Assembly (NCBI GenBank): GCA_050575255.1
Contig: JBNZDD010013721.1
Location: 8,598,055 to 8,662,054 of the forward strand
Reading direction: 5' to 3'
Source of the DNA: Harriotta raleighana
Taxonomy: Eukaryota
Length of the DNA stretch: 64,000 nucleotides
This document shows positions 38,770 through 51,669 of this stretch, piece by piece. The number at the start of each line of letters is the position of its first letter. Positions within the stretch are counted from its first letter, which is position 1. Under the pieces are notes generated by a model. That model had not been told where the DNA came from and searched no databases. It worked only from the letters and a program-made list of their open reading frames with translations. Made by a program: the position numbers and the translations under genes.

Positions 38770-38924
38770 GGAGTTCCACGGGGTGGGGGCCGAAAGGCTG
38801 AAGGTCTGACTGCAGATGTGAGATATTCCACAAACGTTTTGTGTGCCATTCTACAGCCTTGTTATATCAATAATTCTTTTCCTGCTCGTCACTTTGGTTC
38901 TGCATGCCTTACATGGTGTCTCTT

Positions 38925-39350
38925 TGGCCAGTGATAGCACTCTCACCTCTGAGGAAGAAGGTTGTGGGTTTATTTCCCAATTGGGGATTTGAGCTCATAG
39001 TCACAGCTAGCTAATGACTACTACGTAGTAGTCTGACTATGAGAATTATTACTGCAGAGTAGTGTGGGGGAGTGTGGTATTGTCAGAGGTGGCAACCTTT
39101 GCAAGAGACATTAAACTGCCTTGTTCTTCCACTTGAGCATTAAGCGTCCTATATTCTGGTTCAAAAAGTGTAAAAAGGGGGGAATTTCTCCTAGTGACTG
39201 GCCAATGATCCTCCAGATTAAATGTTCATTCGTCTCGTACATGTTGTAAGATTGATGCTGCTGTTTGAAATGACTGATTGCCATATCTGCCCTGCAACAA
39301 GAGTCATCGCACTGAACAGCAGTTTCCGTGAAGCGCTTTAGAGACATTTA
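38925..39350 (+). mobile_element. Ancient SacSINE1-like element, near full length
   Basis: cagtgatagcactctcacctctgagg..gaaggttgtgggtt...ggagtgtggtattgtcagaggtggc...gagacattaaac...ctggccaat...gtgaagcgcttt. Confidence 0.65.
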
Positions 39351-41049
39351 AATTTTGTAGATGCCATAAAGACTGATTTCGCAAGCTATGCAGATGAGTC
39401 TCCAGTTGAAATTTCACCCCTAAGGTCACCCAAAATATAAGAGAGTCAAGGAGTTTATGAAGTGGTGTGGATAGATTTAACGTGAAGGAATCATGGGTTC
39501 TAACCAGAATAGATGCTGAAAACCTGCAATATCTTATTTTCTGATTTAAGATCTACTCCATATGGGTACAGTCCATCATTCCTAGAATTCAATAAAGTGC
39601 TTGATGTCAAATTGCTGCTTTCTGGCTGTCTGTTGCCACTTAGATTTTTGGATAAATCTGAATGTTCTCATGATTCAGTGATTTCCTGGATAAGATTGCA
39701 ATGTGTTTCAAACCTATCATGTCAAACTGGATATCCTTTGACAAGTTGGACTGTGAGATTATTTGTAATCACTCGCTGGTGCCAGAAAGGAGATCCACAG
39801 GTGTTGTTTTCTTCGAATGACAGGTAATCCAGTGTCAGTGACTGAAAATAGAATCCAGGCCAACATTTAAGAGGATGAGATTTCAGTCGTGTTTTTTGCT
39901 GAGAGACTCAACCAGCCCAGATCAATGTGATATGATTTTTCATCATCCACAATTGCCATTTCCTTCCTACATCATCTCTCGGCTTCTGCCGAGGTTTAAC
40001 AGTCCTTGCATTTGATATGGCGCCTTATCAAGATTTCAAAGCACTTTGAGTGAACCATTTTCTCGTGCCAGATTTCTGCCTTATTCACTTACGTGGCGTG
40101 AATGATACGGTTCCCACTGAACAGTGACTTATAACACCCTTGAATTACGACGGAATTAATTGTGTAAAGTATAAGTTGGGTTATGGGTGCTCCGATTTAT
40201 TCCTGATACCGGAATTTGTTTAATTTGCAGTTTAGACTTTGAGCGCTTACTTATGGATTACTGTTCAGAGAATATTTACTTTTCAGAAATTGGTATGAAG
40301 CTAGCAGCTTTAACACAAGTGGAAACAAGTAGAAAGCAAAGCAGGAAAATTACTACATACAGGATAATACTGGCAGTGATTTATTTTTCTTATATGGATC
40401 ACTTTTATTGGACGGAATACACAAGCTCTTTCTGTGGCGATTGTTACACAATTGCGGAGCCAATTTATGCCTTATTGAATTCTTGAGTTAAAACCTGAGT
40501 TCAAAAGCAATAACTTTCAGCTTTTCACTCTCTCTCCAGTTCCTGGCCCTGTTCCAGGGAAGGCCTTGGTTGCTTATTTCAGACTCGAGTTCACCATAAC
40601 CTTCTGACTCCTCTGTACTACCTTCAGAGGGAGGGCAGGATGCACATTTTAGCAGAAACCCGATTCACTTATTCGGAACGGAATAGTCTGCATTCTCTCA
40701 TGTCACCGCTGGCTTATTCCATCATCTTTCACTTTATATCTTTAGATAAAGCTAAGTAATTACTTCTGTTCCATACCCAGTGCATCACACAATGGTTTAT
40801 AAGCGCACTGCTGTGTTGTACACACGTTGTTCAGCCTGTTATCACCTCACACACCCAACTGGCAGCATCGTACCTGGGGCGGTTCCTATCTGTCGGTCCC
40901 AGAAACAAAACTGAGAAAGAATCAAAGGTGAAGCTGAAGAGATACAAAAGAGGAGAACGAAGATGTCTGGAATGTGGAGGAGTTGGTGGCGTATTTGGAC
41001 AGAAAGTTGGGAGGATCTCTGTACCATAGCTGCTCATGTTGTGATTATT

Positions 41050-41750
41050 TACCTGTTAAAGGCCTCCATGGTCTTGCTCGCCATCTGCCTCTACGACCTC
41101 TTAACCCCCTACCAAACCACCCACTGCTTCCCCTCATCGTGCTGCGGCCAGCTTCGCGCCCACCATTGTTGGTCAGGCCTTCAGCCACTATTCTCCCACC
41201 CATTGGAGCTCCATCCCGCAGTCCCTCTGGCTTGCCCCGTCCCTTGCCTTCTTCAAGAGCCATCTCAAGGGGATTCCCTGTAACTCAGTGGTTAGATCGC
41301 TCGCCTTGCAAGTGCAAAACCTGGGTTCAATTCCAGGCAGATCAGGGCAAAACCTTGGGCAAGTTTCCTTACTCCACACGTCTAATAATATTCCCTCAAA
41401 TTTTTTTTGGGCAATTCAATCCATGACTGTTTGTGGAACACTGCTGTGTGCATTGGCTGCCTTGTGTCGCAAAATATATGGTCAATTCACTTTACAGTAT
41501 ATTCTGTGAAGCGCTTTGAGATGTCTAGAAGATGTGAAAAGTGTTATATCAAATGCAAGGATTATTATTATTATTAAGACCCTCCTCTTCAACCGTGCTT
41601 TTAGTCACCCTCCTACCCAACCCTGCCCCCTCCACCCTCGCCAATCCCGACCCCCCCAGCTCGGGTCCAAAACACTGATTGTCCAACGTTTAAGGACGTT
41701 CTTCTGATGTGAAATGTGTTATAGAAATCTAATTCTGTTGTTGCTGTTGT
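41050..41750 (+). mobile_element. Degraded L2 3' region (family A tail) split by a SINE
   Basis: C-rich ORF2 remnant (..KGLHGLA..; ttcaagagccatctcaag | accctcctcttcaaccgtgc) and tail ending ...aattctgttgttg. Confidence 0.75.
41270..41575 (+). mobile_element. Full-length Deu-domain SINE (short subfamily)
   Basis: tRNA head, Deu domain and (att)n tail. Confidence 0.92.
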
Positions 41751-42627
41751 CTTCCCTCCAAATTATTGCGTTTGTCACCAGTAGCTTCTATTCCATGCTG
41801 AGGTAAATTATCACAGCCAGGACAGCAGATGGGATGATTCAAATGAGGACATTTATAGCCTCATTACCATTGCGTTAGGAAATCAGAATAAAACAGAGTC
41901 TTGATTGCTGTATGCAGCATCCCTGGTGTGAGATATGTGTATGTGGATGTTGGGTGTGCGGATGAACATTCGATTGGTTCAGCTGTGGTTGCCAAGACTC
42001 GCTGTCAAGACTCGTACATGAATAAGGGGTGAGATACCATTTGTGCCTCTGGCACCTGAGAAACTGCATTCTGCTGGAGAGAAACCAGATTTGAGCACCT
42101 CCAGGAAAGTGACAAGCAGAAGGTGGGGGGGCGGTGGGGGGGTGGGAGGGAGGGGTGTCCTGGGGGGTAGAGAAGGAAAGCAGAAAATGTTCTTTCTTTG
42201 CGAGGAATTGGATAAACAAAGATGTTTCCTGTTCTGGAAATCAAACAATCGTATCTTCTGTCATCATCGCCAAAGCAACAGCTTAGTCATTTGTTAGTCA
42301 CACAGTTATTGCCACTTTTCAGATCGTGTGAGAAACATAATCAATATGTTACAGCTGTTTGATCTTTTGCGAAGGATAGTCTGTACTCTTCCTTTATTGC
42401 TATGCCAATGCCCCTTTGTTTGATTTCAGACCTAATACAGCATTCAGTCTCCGAAGCGGGTGAATAATGACAAAAGTCACATTTTGGAGTAAAAATCTCT
42501 CCTCCTTTGTTTCACCTGGGATCTGAGTTGTGTTTCAGAAATCCTGATGATACCAATTGAGGGGTGTCTCAGTGCAGACACCGCCACAGTTTTGGGGGGG
42601 TTTGCTCATCTGGTGGTATCACAGCAT

Positions 42628-42968
42628 CCAAATACAGAGTCAACTCGCTTTACAGTACATTCTGTGAAGCACTTTGAGACGTCGATATGAGGTGAAAAGC
42701 GCTGTATCAAATGCAAGGATTATTATTGTTATTATTGCACTATTGGTAGCCGGGCATTACACCCCAAACACGCTGGAACACTCTCCCTCTATCCCACCAC
42801 CTTACATCCTCTATTCCATTCTTCAGGTTGCACCTGAAGACCTAATAATAGTAGTAATAATAATAATAATAATCCTTGCATTGGATATAGCGCCTTACAT
42901 GTCTTCGAGGCATCTCAAAGAGCGTCGCTGAATACACTGTAAAATGAATTGACTGTAAATTTTGTGGG
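42628..42968. mobile_element. Two SINE 3' fragments in inverted tail-to-tail arrangement (+ 42628-42736; - 42843-42968)
   Basis: ...gctgtatcaaatgcaaggattattatt versus aataataatccttgcattggatatagcgc... Confidence 0.8.
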
Positions 42969-43737
42969 CCAAATCTTCCTCTTCGACTGTGCCTAAGGTT
43001 ACCTCCCTTTCCCCCCACCCCCCACCCCCACCTCCCACCCAGTTGTTGTTATATCTCGTGGTGAGTACACTTGTCACTTTAGCATCACTCGTTTTGGAGC
43101 AAGAGGTACATTGCACAGCAAGCGTAACTCAATCCAGGGAGCTGATCAGTCCTGAGCCCTTCCTGGTTTGTATGACTCATTACCACAACCAGGCAATCAG
43201 CCAGCAGGGAAAGTGATTTCATAAAAGAAACACTATGGGAGGGAAGAGATGAAAGTGAAAAGTAATTTGCATCGAAAGCAGTTCCCCTCCAGGAGGCTTC
43301 CCCTTTTTTTTTTGTTTTATTTCTGTGGAGATGGTGCTTAATATTAGGAAAGAGCTACACAACGGATGCGAGTACCTCAAAAATTGGACACACAAAAAAT
43401 CCGATCGACCATCATTGAAGCAAACAATGAGTCCACATCAGTGGTGTTCATTTTTTTCAGTTGTATTTTTCTCTGTGTGCAAGATAACAAAAGCGCAGTG
43501 TCTGTGCACTTCCAGCTCAGAAGAAGGCTGAGTGAGCTATTTTCAGGTTCTGATTAAAGCCATGCTTGAAATCTGTGGCCTGTGCTGTTATGCAGTGCTT
43601 CAAGCTTTTTGATACAAATTTCCCTCAAGAGGTGCATTCATAGACGTTTAAATTAATCTGGTGTAGGATTTCTACTGTACCTGGATTTATTTAGACATGG
43701 ACAGTTTATTCCACAGAGTTTCAGAGTGTACATGGTT

Positions 43738-44058
43738 TATAATAATAGTAATAATAACCCTTACATTTATATAGCGCTTTCCACATCTCATCGACATCTC
43801 AAAGCGCTTCACAGAATACAACAACGTCCCAAAATAGGGACCAGAGTAGGGGGGAGGGTTCGGGGTAGGGAGAAGAAAAGAGGGAAGGAAGGGGGGAAAA
43901 GAGGTAGGGACCACAGCAGGGAGGGGTCATGGTAGGGGGAAGGAGAGTAGGAAAATTGACTGTATATTTGTGGGTGAAACGCGGCAGCCAAATTGCGCAC
44001 AGAAGTGTCCCACAAACAGTCGCGGAAATGGGGCCAGGGGAGAGAGGGGGAAAAGAGG
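43738..44058 (-). mobile_element. Composite Deu-domain element with a ~130-bp low-complexity spacer
   Basis: Tail at 43738-43820, G/A-rich spacer at 43821-43953, Deu domain at 43954-44026, G/A-rich flank. Confidence 0.75.
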
Positions 44059-44279
44059 ACAATGCTTACATTTGGACTGAATTTTAAAACTATTTTCTGT
44101 AAATCTTTCCCAATTGAAATATTTGCAAATTTGGGTTAGAACAATGACATGGGTTCTCAGCACAAAATGCGGTGAAGTAAGATGATTACATTTGCCAGAC
44201 TTTGCGAGAATAAATCTGAAGGGAACAAACCGTGGCTTGGAAGAAACAGTAGTTCATTTTTAAACTCAATGTTCTCTTT

Positions 44280-44450
44280 GATTGATCATTCGCTTCACAG
44301 CTGATTATCTGGGACATGGCTACGTGCAAATTGGCTGCCACATTTGCTTACGAAATTCACAATCAGAATTTACACTATATCCTGTAAAAGTACTTTGAGA
44401 CATCTACCTGATGTGAAAGGCACTTTATCAAATGTAAGGACTAATACTAT
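44280..44450 (+). mobile_element. Old Deu-SINE 3' fragment
   Basis: tgggacatggctacgtgcaaattggctgccacattt...tactttgagacatctacctgatgtgaaaggcact. Confidence 0.65.
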
Positions 44451-46081
44451 CTTTATTTCAGAATAATTCAAGTATGCAAATGGTGCCAAATCAATGCAAA
44501 TCGTCTCATATAAATTGGCTTCATTATCAGAAATGTGGCATGGATTTAGCTTGTGCTTTCCTCTCTTTCTAAACAATACCCTCTTTGTTTTACTTAAAAC
44601 TATTTACTAAATAATATTCAACTTTGTCCTCAACGTTACATTCCTGGTAAGATGAGGACAGGTGAAGTACACAATATTCTTATCGTGCAAGATGTCGAAT
44701 ATTAGCATAGACTTCTAGTTGAAACAACTGAGCAAAATAAAATATGGCTGTCAATTACACCTGACAGTCATTCAAGTCCAACAATGAGACTTAAGGAGCC
44801 ACCCACACATTGGAGCTATCGACTGAGGCATATCACCAGCAGAATGGTTTCTAAAGCCATCTTTCACAAAGTCATACATGCCACACTGAATAGTTTTCTG
44901 TCGTTCCTTGACAATTTTGTGGAGCAGCTTGAAGTATAAATTTAGCTCACTTTTAATGAAGCACATTGTTGGGAGTCATGTATTTTAATCGTAAGGTTTG
45001 AAGACTTCTAAAACGCCTTCATACATTCTGGCTACAATAAGGAATGGAGTTGTAAATACTAGTTGACGTGTTTCAATCTCGAGTTTAATAAGTAATTAAA
45101 ACTTAAATTAAAAGTAATTAGAACCAAGAGATTCAACTGAACTGAACAGTCAAGCCTTTAATTCCCGATTGAGTCTTTTGTTTTGTCTTTTCTGACACTG
45201 AACTCCCAGCTGATTGCTGTCACACACCCCACTCCATTCCTCTAACTGACAATTGCCTTTTAGTAATTGTTCCTACCTCACCCCCTGTCTTGTCTCTGGT
45301 GTTGCTACTTAAAAAAAACAAGGATAGATATTAGGAATTTTCAATGGAATAGCTACCATCAAAAATATTGTTAATATATTAATGTGGGTCATAGGCATTT
45401 TGATTTACCTTCTCAACCCTAATATGCTTGTTCGTTCACTTCATTCAAGCAGATGACAATGATTAGTGACCGCCTCTGATTAACACCCAGCCCACACATC
45501 CCCATCATTCCTCAATGGTTCCCGCACTGCGCCCGTGTTTCTCAGACATACATGATGCAATCCCATGGATTACAGTGAAGTTGGCAAAGGACGAGTGACT
45601 TCTCAGCCCTTTCCTTTACTAAGACCACATGTGTTTGCTCAGTTGACATTAGATTTAAAGCAAATGGGGCTTTGTGCAGTGACTGAATTAAGACTGCAGA
45701 AGAAATTGCAGTCATGTCCACTGGAATAGAGATTCCGTAGAAGCGAATTAGTAATGAGATCTCCTAAATTTGGACTCAGTTCATTGGGGCTTGGTGGTAT
45801 GCATTGGGGCTAGTTTCTGTTACCTTGGTTTTAGATTTTTTTTTATCAGCCTGCAGTACTCCCCAAATCATTATTGTACAAAGCAAATTGCAATAACTGT
45901 TACCTCCTATTTGTTAGGTGATTAATGGACTGAAAATGCAGCGTTTCATAATGGATTCAATATGTCTGCCACCTTGAATCTGCAATGGAGCACTTTTTTT
46001 AAAAAAAATTCCCTTTTGATCAAAGTTCACAGATCTGAACACCATCACGATTGGACAACTGCTGAGCTATCCCTCAGCAAA

Positions 46082-46116
46082 TGGCAGCCTCTAGTGGCAG
46101 TGCTGAACAACTGTTT
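46082..46116 (-). promoter_or_regulatory. Candidate CTCF site
   Basis: - strand CTGCCACTAGAGGCTGCCA; 10/12 match to CCASYAGRKGGC. Confidence 0.45.
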
Positions 46117-46121
46117 AATTT

Positions 46122-46449
46122 AACAACAATAATAATTCTTGCATTTGATATAGCGCTTTTCAAGTCTTCTAGATGTCTCAAAGCGCTTCACAGTGTATAC
46201 AAAGTATGAACTATAAAGTGAATGAATTGTATATTTGAGGGCAAAATGTGGCAGCCAATTGCACACAGCAGTGTCTCACAAACAGTTGTTGTTTGAAATG
46301 ACCAATGTATTATTGGGTTTTTTCTTGAGGGATTATTATCAGGCCTGTGAAGTAATGAAACTTACCCAAGGTTTCGCCCTGCCGGGAATTGAACCCAGGT
46401 TTATCGCTTGTAAGGCGAATGCTCTAACCACTGAACTACAGGACTCCAC
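46122..46449 (-). mobile_element. Full-length Deu-domain SINE (short subfamily)
   Basis: Tail, Deu domain and tRNA head ending ...actacaggactccac. Confidence 0.92.
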
Positions 46450-46774
46450 TGTTCTAATATGGCGCATTACTTGCCTTATTGGATTTTTTTTTGTTGCAAT
46501 ACTGTAGTTTGAGAAGATCACTTATTCCTTCAAGAATGTGTCTTACTCTTAAATACTTGAATATTTGCCTGTAGCTGAGTTTGTTTCTTACCTTTCTTAA
46601 ATCTACCAAGCCCTGTAAATACTTCCGACAGCACTATTAAATCTGTTGGCAACTAGAATGAGTCAAGGTAACTAGGTTATACATCATTGACTAAACTCTT
46701 CATCATACTACTGTTATGTGTAGAAACTGACTATTTTTACCCTTGTTCTCTTATCCCTCTTTTACTCCTCCTTT

Positions 46775-47074
46775 CCTGTGGCTTAGAGAACTCGCCTCAC
46801 AAGTGAGAGGATCTGGGTTCAATTCTAGGCAGGGCAAAATGTTAGGCAAGTTTCTTTACTCTGCACGCCTCTGTTTACTTAGAAGTAAGTAGGAATCCGG
46901 TTGTGTGTCGATTGGCAGATCATTTTCCTGGGGTAATAATCTCTTCCCAAAAAATGAATAATTTGGTTACTCAATCTGTGACTATTTGTGTTATGCCACT
47001 GGGCGCAATTTGCTGCCGTGTATCACACCAAAAAAAGACGTGATAAGGCGCTCTATGAAATGCAAGGATTATTA
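46775..47074 (+). mobile_element. Deu-domain SINE (long subfamily, partly deleted tail)
   Basis: Contains the extra segment ctgtttacttagaagtaagtaggaatccggttg...gattggcagatcatttt. Confidence 0.85.
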
Positions 47075-48403
47075 GTGATCATATTATTACATTTTTGTAC
47101 TGTTATTGTATATATTGGGTGGATTGTGCTGTGGGAATCTATGTTGAGCGACAGAGTATTGGAGTGATGTATTATTGTTGGTTGATGGAGTACAGTATCA
47201 CGCAAGAATTATATTGACACAACACAACAGTATCATTGCTACAGATGCTCTGAATAAGCCTAGACAACTCTCTGCTTGACACTGTGTTGCCAGATACAAT
47301 AACTAATGATATCTCACGATCAGTCAGGGTCACAGAGTTTAGCTCTTTGCCACTTGTCCTTTTTGTTCGGTTTCCTAATCAAGTTCATTCCTTTCGCTGC
47401 GTATGTATGGTGCCTTCAGATGCTAGTAAGTAGTGTAACAACTGCAGACTGCAACTCTGTCCCCTCCTCTCTGTTTGCTCTCTTAGGAGTTGCCTTGTAT
47501 GTGTGTGAGGGCCGCCATTAGACATCTACGTGTGAGACCATCACAAACCATGCAAAATCCTACCATGTTGTCATGCTGGGATAACATTGCATTGTCTCCC
47601 ATGGCCCATGCAAACAACCAATTATTGCCACTTTCTTATAAGTTTTAGTGTGGCTGTGAATCATTGGGGTGAGAACACGTGTGTGATACCAAGTCACTGT
47701 TCTACAGAGGTCTTGTAAATAATGTTTGAAAATAATCTGTGCAATAACCTTAGGATTTTCCTTTGCTGCTTTGTTATACGACTTTAGGATAGGCTTGTAA
47801 ATTCATGTCGCTCTACTGTTTATCACTTTGCCCAGTAACTGTATACGGGTGTATCAGGGGAAATATTCCTGGTGGTATTATTGCCACATAAGGCATTAAC
47901 TATCCCAGACAAACTACAGAAGTGTATTAGCCAAATTTGAGTTTAGGAGTTCAACAGGTTTGATTGTAAAACAGCATTGGATTGGTACAAATTTCCAAGT
48001 AAACCTCATGTCCTTCCAGTAACCTAAACAGAGTCCCACAGAGCGGCATTGTTGAGCTCTTCAGATAACATGTCACATGGTTGACCTTGAACGCTCATCT
48101 TCTCATGGTGAACATGATGCATACACAAGGCAGAAAGGGATGGACTAGTTGGGCCGCATGGACTGTTTCCATGCTGCAACATTCTATGTAATGCTCTGCG
48201 ATCTATACATAGTATTGACAGTTTCTTTGAAAGTTTGCTGATATGGCCTTAAGGAAAGATGTATAGAGAGGGGATTGTTTCAAATCAATCTGCTATAAAG
48301 CATCATGCCGTTGCATTTATTTTTGATGATGATGGGGGTACCGAGGTCTAATATGCAACACTGGACTCATAATCCAGAATTCTTGTTTTAACTGCTCCTC
48401 TCA

Positions 48404-48471
48404 GGTCTTTGGGACATCCTCCCGACGTGAAAGGCGCTCCACAAATGTAATTTTGTCGTTGTTATTATTGT
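48404..48471 (+). mobile_element. L2-type 3' tail fragment (family A)
   Basis: tttgggacatcctcccgacgtgaaaggcgctccacaaatgtaattttgtcgttg. Confidence 0.75.
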
Positions 48472-49079
48472 TTCAGTGGACGGATATCTGATTTCAAAAT
48501 GGCAAATCTCATCAGCACAATCTGAAAGGTGGCAAGAATCATACGCAACAGTTTTGTTTCAGGCTGTTTTATATATTATATTTTACATATATATATCATA
48601 CATATATACACACACACACACTCGAAACAGATTTTGCTATGTTTATTTCTTTTGAACTTCTGCCAAATACATAGCACAATTATCATTACTTTTGCCTGCC
48701 ATGATTTGTTATTTTTGTGCTCTCAATTTGCTTATGATATCTTACTCGTTCTCCCGTTTTATTCCAAGGTCCTGGGTTCTTACTAGTTTCCATTCATTTC
48801 ACTGTGTGACAGGGCGCATGATAAAGAATGGAATGGAATTTACATCACATGAGGATCCTAAAATGGTGCTGGCTCATATCTCCTGTATTCTAATCTTAGT
48901 TCCCTGTTCTTCATCCATACCCTTTTATATTCTTCTATTCGCCTCTTCAAATGTTTATCCAACTTCATAATAAATGGTTTTGGATTGAATACTTGTGGCA
49001 AAGTGTCCCCCTATTCCCACAACCTTGCGTGTGGAGAAATAACAAACTTGCATCATTCTCATTTGTCTTTACAGTCTCT

Positions 49080-49175
49080 CTGACCTTGGCAACGTTGCCA
49101 TGTGAACAGTTGCACATTTTCATGCGAAATTATGAATTCCTTTGCAAAATCAATAGATACTTTTACCATGGCAAC
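49080..49175. promoter_or_regulatory. Cluster of three RFX X-box-like motifs
   Basis: CTGACCTTGGCAAC (49080-49093), GTTGCCATGTGAAC (49094-49107) and TTTACCATGGCAAC (49162-49175), versus consensus GTTGCCATGGCAAC. Confidence 0.5.
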
Positions 49176-51669
49176 ACGGATACAATTTTTATCAGCCGGC
49201 CCTAATTAGGTTTAATTTGCAAGTTGAGTTAATCAGAATAGAGATTTTTCCATGACCAGAAAAAAAGTCTCATGGCCGAATCCAGAGGGAGAGATCTTAA
49301 AAGAGGACTAAACGCTCTTTTTTTGAAGAAAGCTTTGTACTAAGCAATCAGCTTCAGGTTCGTGAACAGGAATCTTCGAAAACTAAGGACCCTGCATTAA
49401 AAAGACCATTTCCCTACATGTGTGTGCAGTATAATGGTGATTTTACAGTTGCATGAAATATATAATTGAATTTCTAAAGGTCGAACTATTATTTCACTGA
49501 TAATTCTCCTCCTCTTAATAGATCTATAAAGTAATCCCTTGTAAAATGTGTTGTGGACACTAGGTGCCAGTATAGTGCAGCTAGGTCTGCTTAGGAAGGA
49601 AGCGTTTGAAAACCAAGACATCTAATCAAGACTAATGGAGTGACAAAGTCTGGAGTTCGGGTTTGGGGGGGGAATTAAATATTAAACCAATTAAAATCTG
49701 AACTTTCCATTGAATTTGGCATCCCATTAATTTTTGTAACCGAAACATTAACTGAAAGGTGAACATCTCGCTTGACATTTTCATAAGATGAATGAAAGGT
49801 GGGACCTCTGTTTAAAATCATTAGCGGTTGTAACTCATGTCGTTTTGCAATAATATCAGCATTAAAAAAAAATGAGTGCTGTCTTTTCCCTTCTGTTCAC
49901 CTCACCACTTAAGGAGCCACATGTTGGATCCTTATTACGAAAAAGCTATGTCCCCAGCCCGTTGCTGTGTTATTGTGTGACTTGTACCTTCTTTCACCAG
50001 AGATTACTTTTTAAAATTTTATTTTTACAACGGTTCCAGCCATTCATTAAAAAAAAATTGTATTCAATTAAATAATGTCAAGCTGTTACTGATGCCAAAG
50101 AAAGAGGAGATGATGATGTAAAAGAACTGACACACACAAAAAAGGCTTACTTTACAATGATCCCTGTGTTGCTCTTGGATACATAGCAAAGCAAGTTTTG
50201 TGGATTATAGTAAACTATGCATTTTTCATAGCTATTAGGACTATGATCAACCATTTGGTCACCATTATTTATGGTTACCTGTAATACATTTGGTCATGAA
50301 CACACTGCTTCTGGTGAACTGTTTATTTATTTATTTCTATGTTGTTTGATTTTAAATGAGGAAAGGAATTCCAAGGGCAGAACAGAGGGCTCCGAGATCT
50401 CCCGATTAAGTTTTCAAACTGGATGTGACAGAGTATTACAATAATCTCTCTTGAATTCAGATTCTGTATTAGCAGCTGCAGAATTTCCTATTCAAAGAGC
50501 TTTCGAGAATTGAGATGTGGTGGTCGGCGAACATAGATGTTGCTGCTCCAAATCTGGTAGCATGAAAGATGACATCCAAGGCAAAGTCCAACTTTGTTCA
50601 CGCTGGATAGTTTTGAAAAGTAATATCGTCTAGTTTGGATTAGTGGAGCGTTTCAAAACTGATTTGATTTGAGCGAGGCAGCAAGCAATGTTTAATGTGA
50701 ATAAAAGTGTTTTATGTTTGCGAAGGCAAATCGTTTGAGCAGATAAGCCACACCAGTCTCCAAACTGAGTTTTGAAGATGACAGTTTCTGGAAAGCTCTG
50801 AGCTCAGGGTTTTGACCCCCCCCCTAGTAAAAGGGAAGCAGTTATCGTTTCACTGTTGGATTGTACTTTTGTGCCACTGCTGCAGAGGGAATACTTCTGT
50901 CAGGAAAATATAGAGGAGGCTTCCAGGCAAATCCAACAGATGCAGCCTGCTGGTTGCTGAAGGTGAAATGTATTGTACATTTCTCTTTAAGTGTCCAGGT
51001 ATGATTACAGTAAAGGAAAAGGTTGTTAAACTCCAATACCAACTGATGAGTGAGGAATTAGCAAGAAAAACTCTGAAACCAGAGCGTAAAACTATCATCT
51101 ACAGTTGAACACTTAGACATTTAATTTTTTCAGCTGTGTGTGTTTATTTCAATTTAAATATTACTTGGTATGTCTTGAGGGATTGAAAAATAAATTGATA
51201 TGTTCCTGTAACTGTTAAAATAATCAATGTAACTGCTACAGAGAGTGAGCAATAGAACTGGTGAATGCTGAATCTAAAATCTTGAAACAATCCAGACTGA
51301 TCTGTTGGAATTCATTCCTAATCCCTCCCCCAACATCTAAAATCTCATGATATTGATGCCCCATTTAATATGTCCTCTGTCTGTTCGTTTTTAAAATAAA
51401 CTGTGTACGCATGCGTGTGTGTGCAGAGTATTCCTCCACAGTACAGTATTGACACTTGTGGCTGCAGTGTGATGGTAGGAAAGGGTGAACATACTTTATA
51501 TTAATCATTAAACCATATTGAGAGGCCCATCTGTGGTGAAACAGTTGATCTAAACCAAGTAGGAGGGTGGGGTTTCAGGAGGGAATAAATCAACCAAGAC
51601 ATTATTGGCCCCAACTGGAGTGAGTGTATGTGTATAAAACTGAGATGATGATCAGACTAATCCTGATAG

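Noticed and set aside
38419-38934. 171-aa ORF and similar ORFs containing LGKFPYST
   Set aside because: These are translations of the SINE; the recurring peptide reflects the repeat, not a protein family.
42121-42170. G-run tracts as functional G-quadruplexes (also ~820, 13075, 22880, 27710)
   Set aside because: Such G/C runs are common low-complexity sequence in this window with no supporting context.
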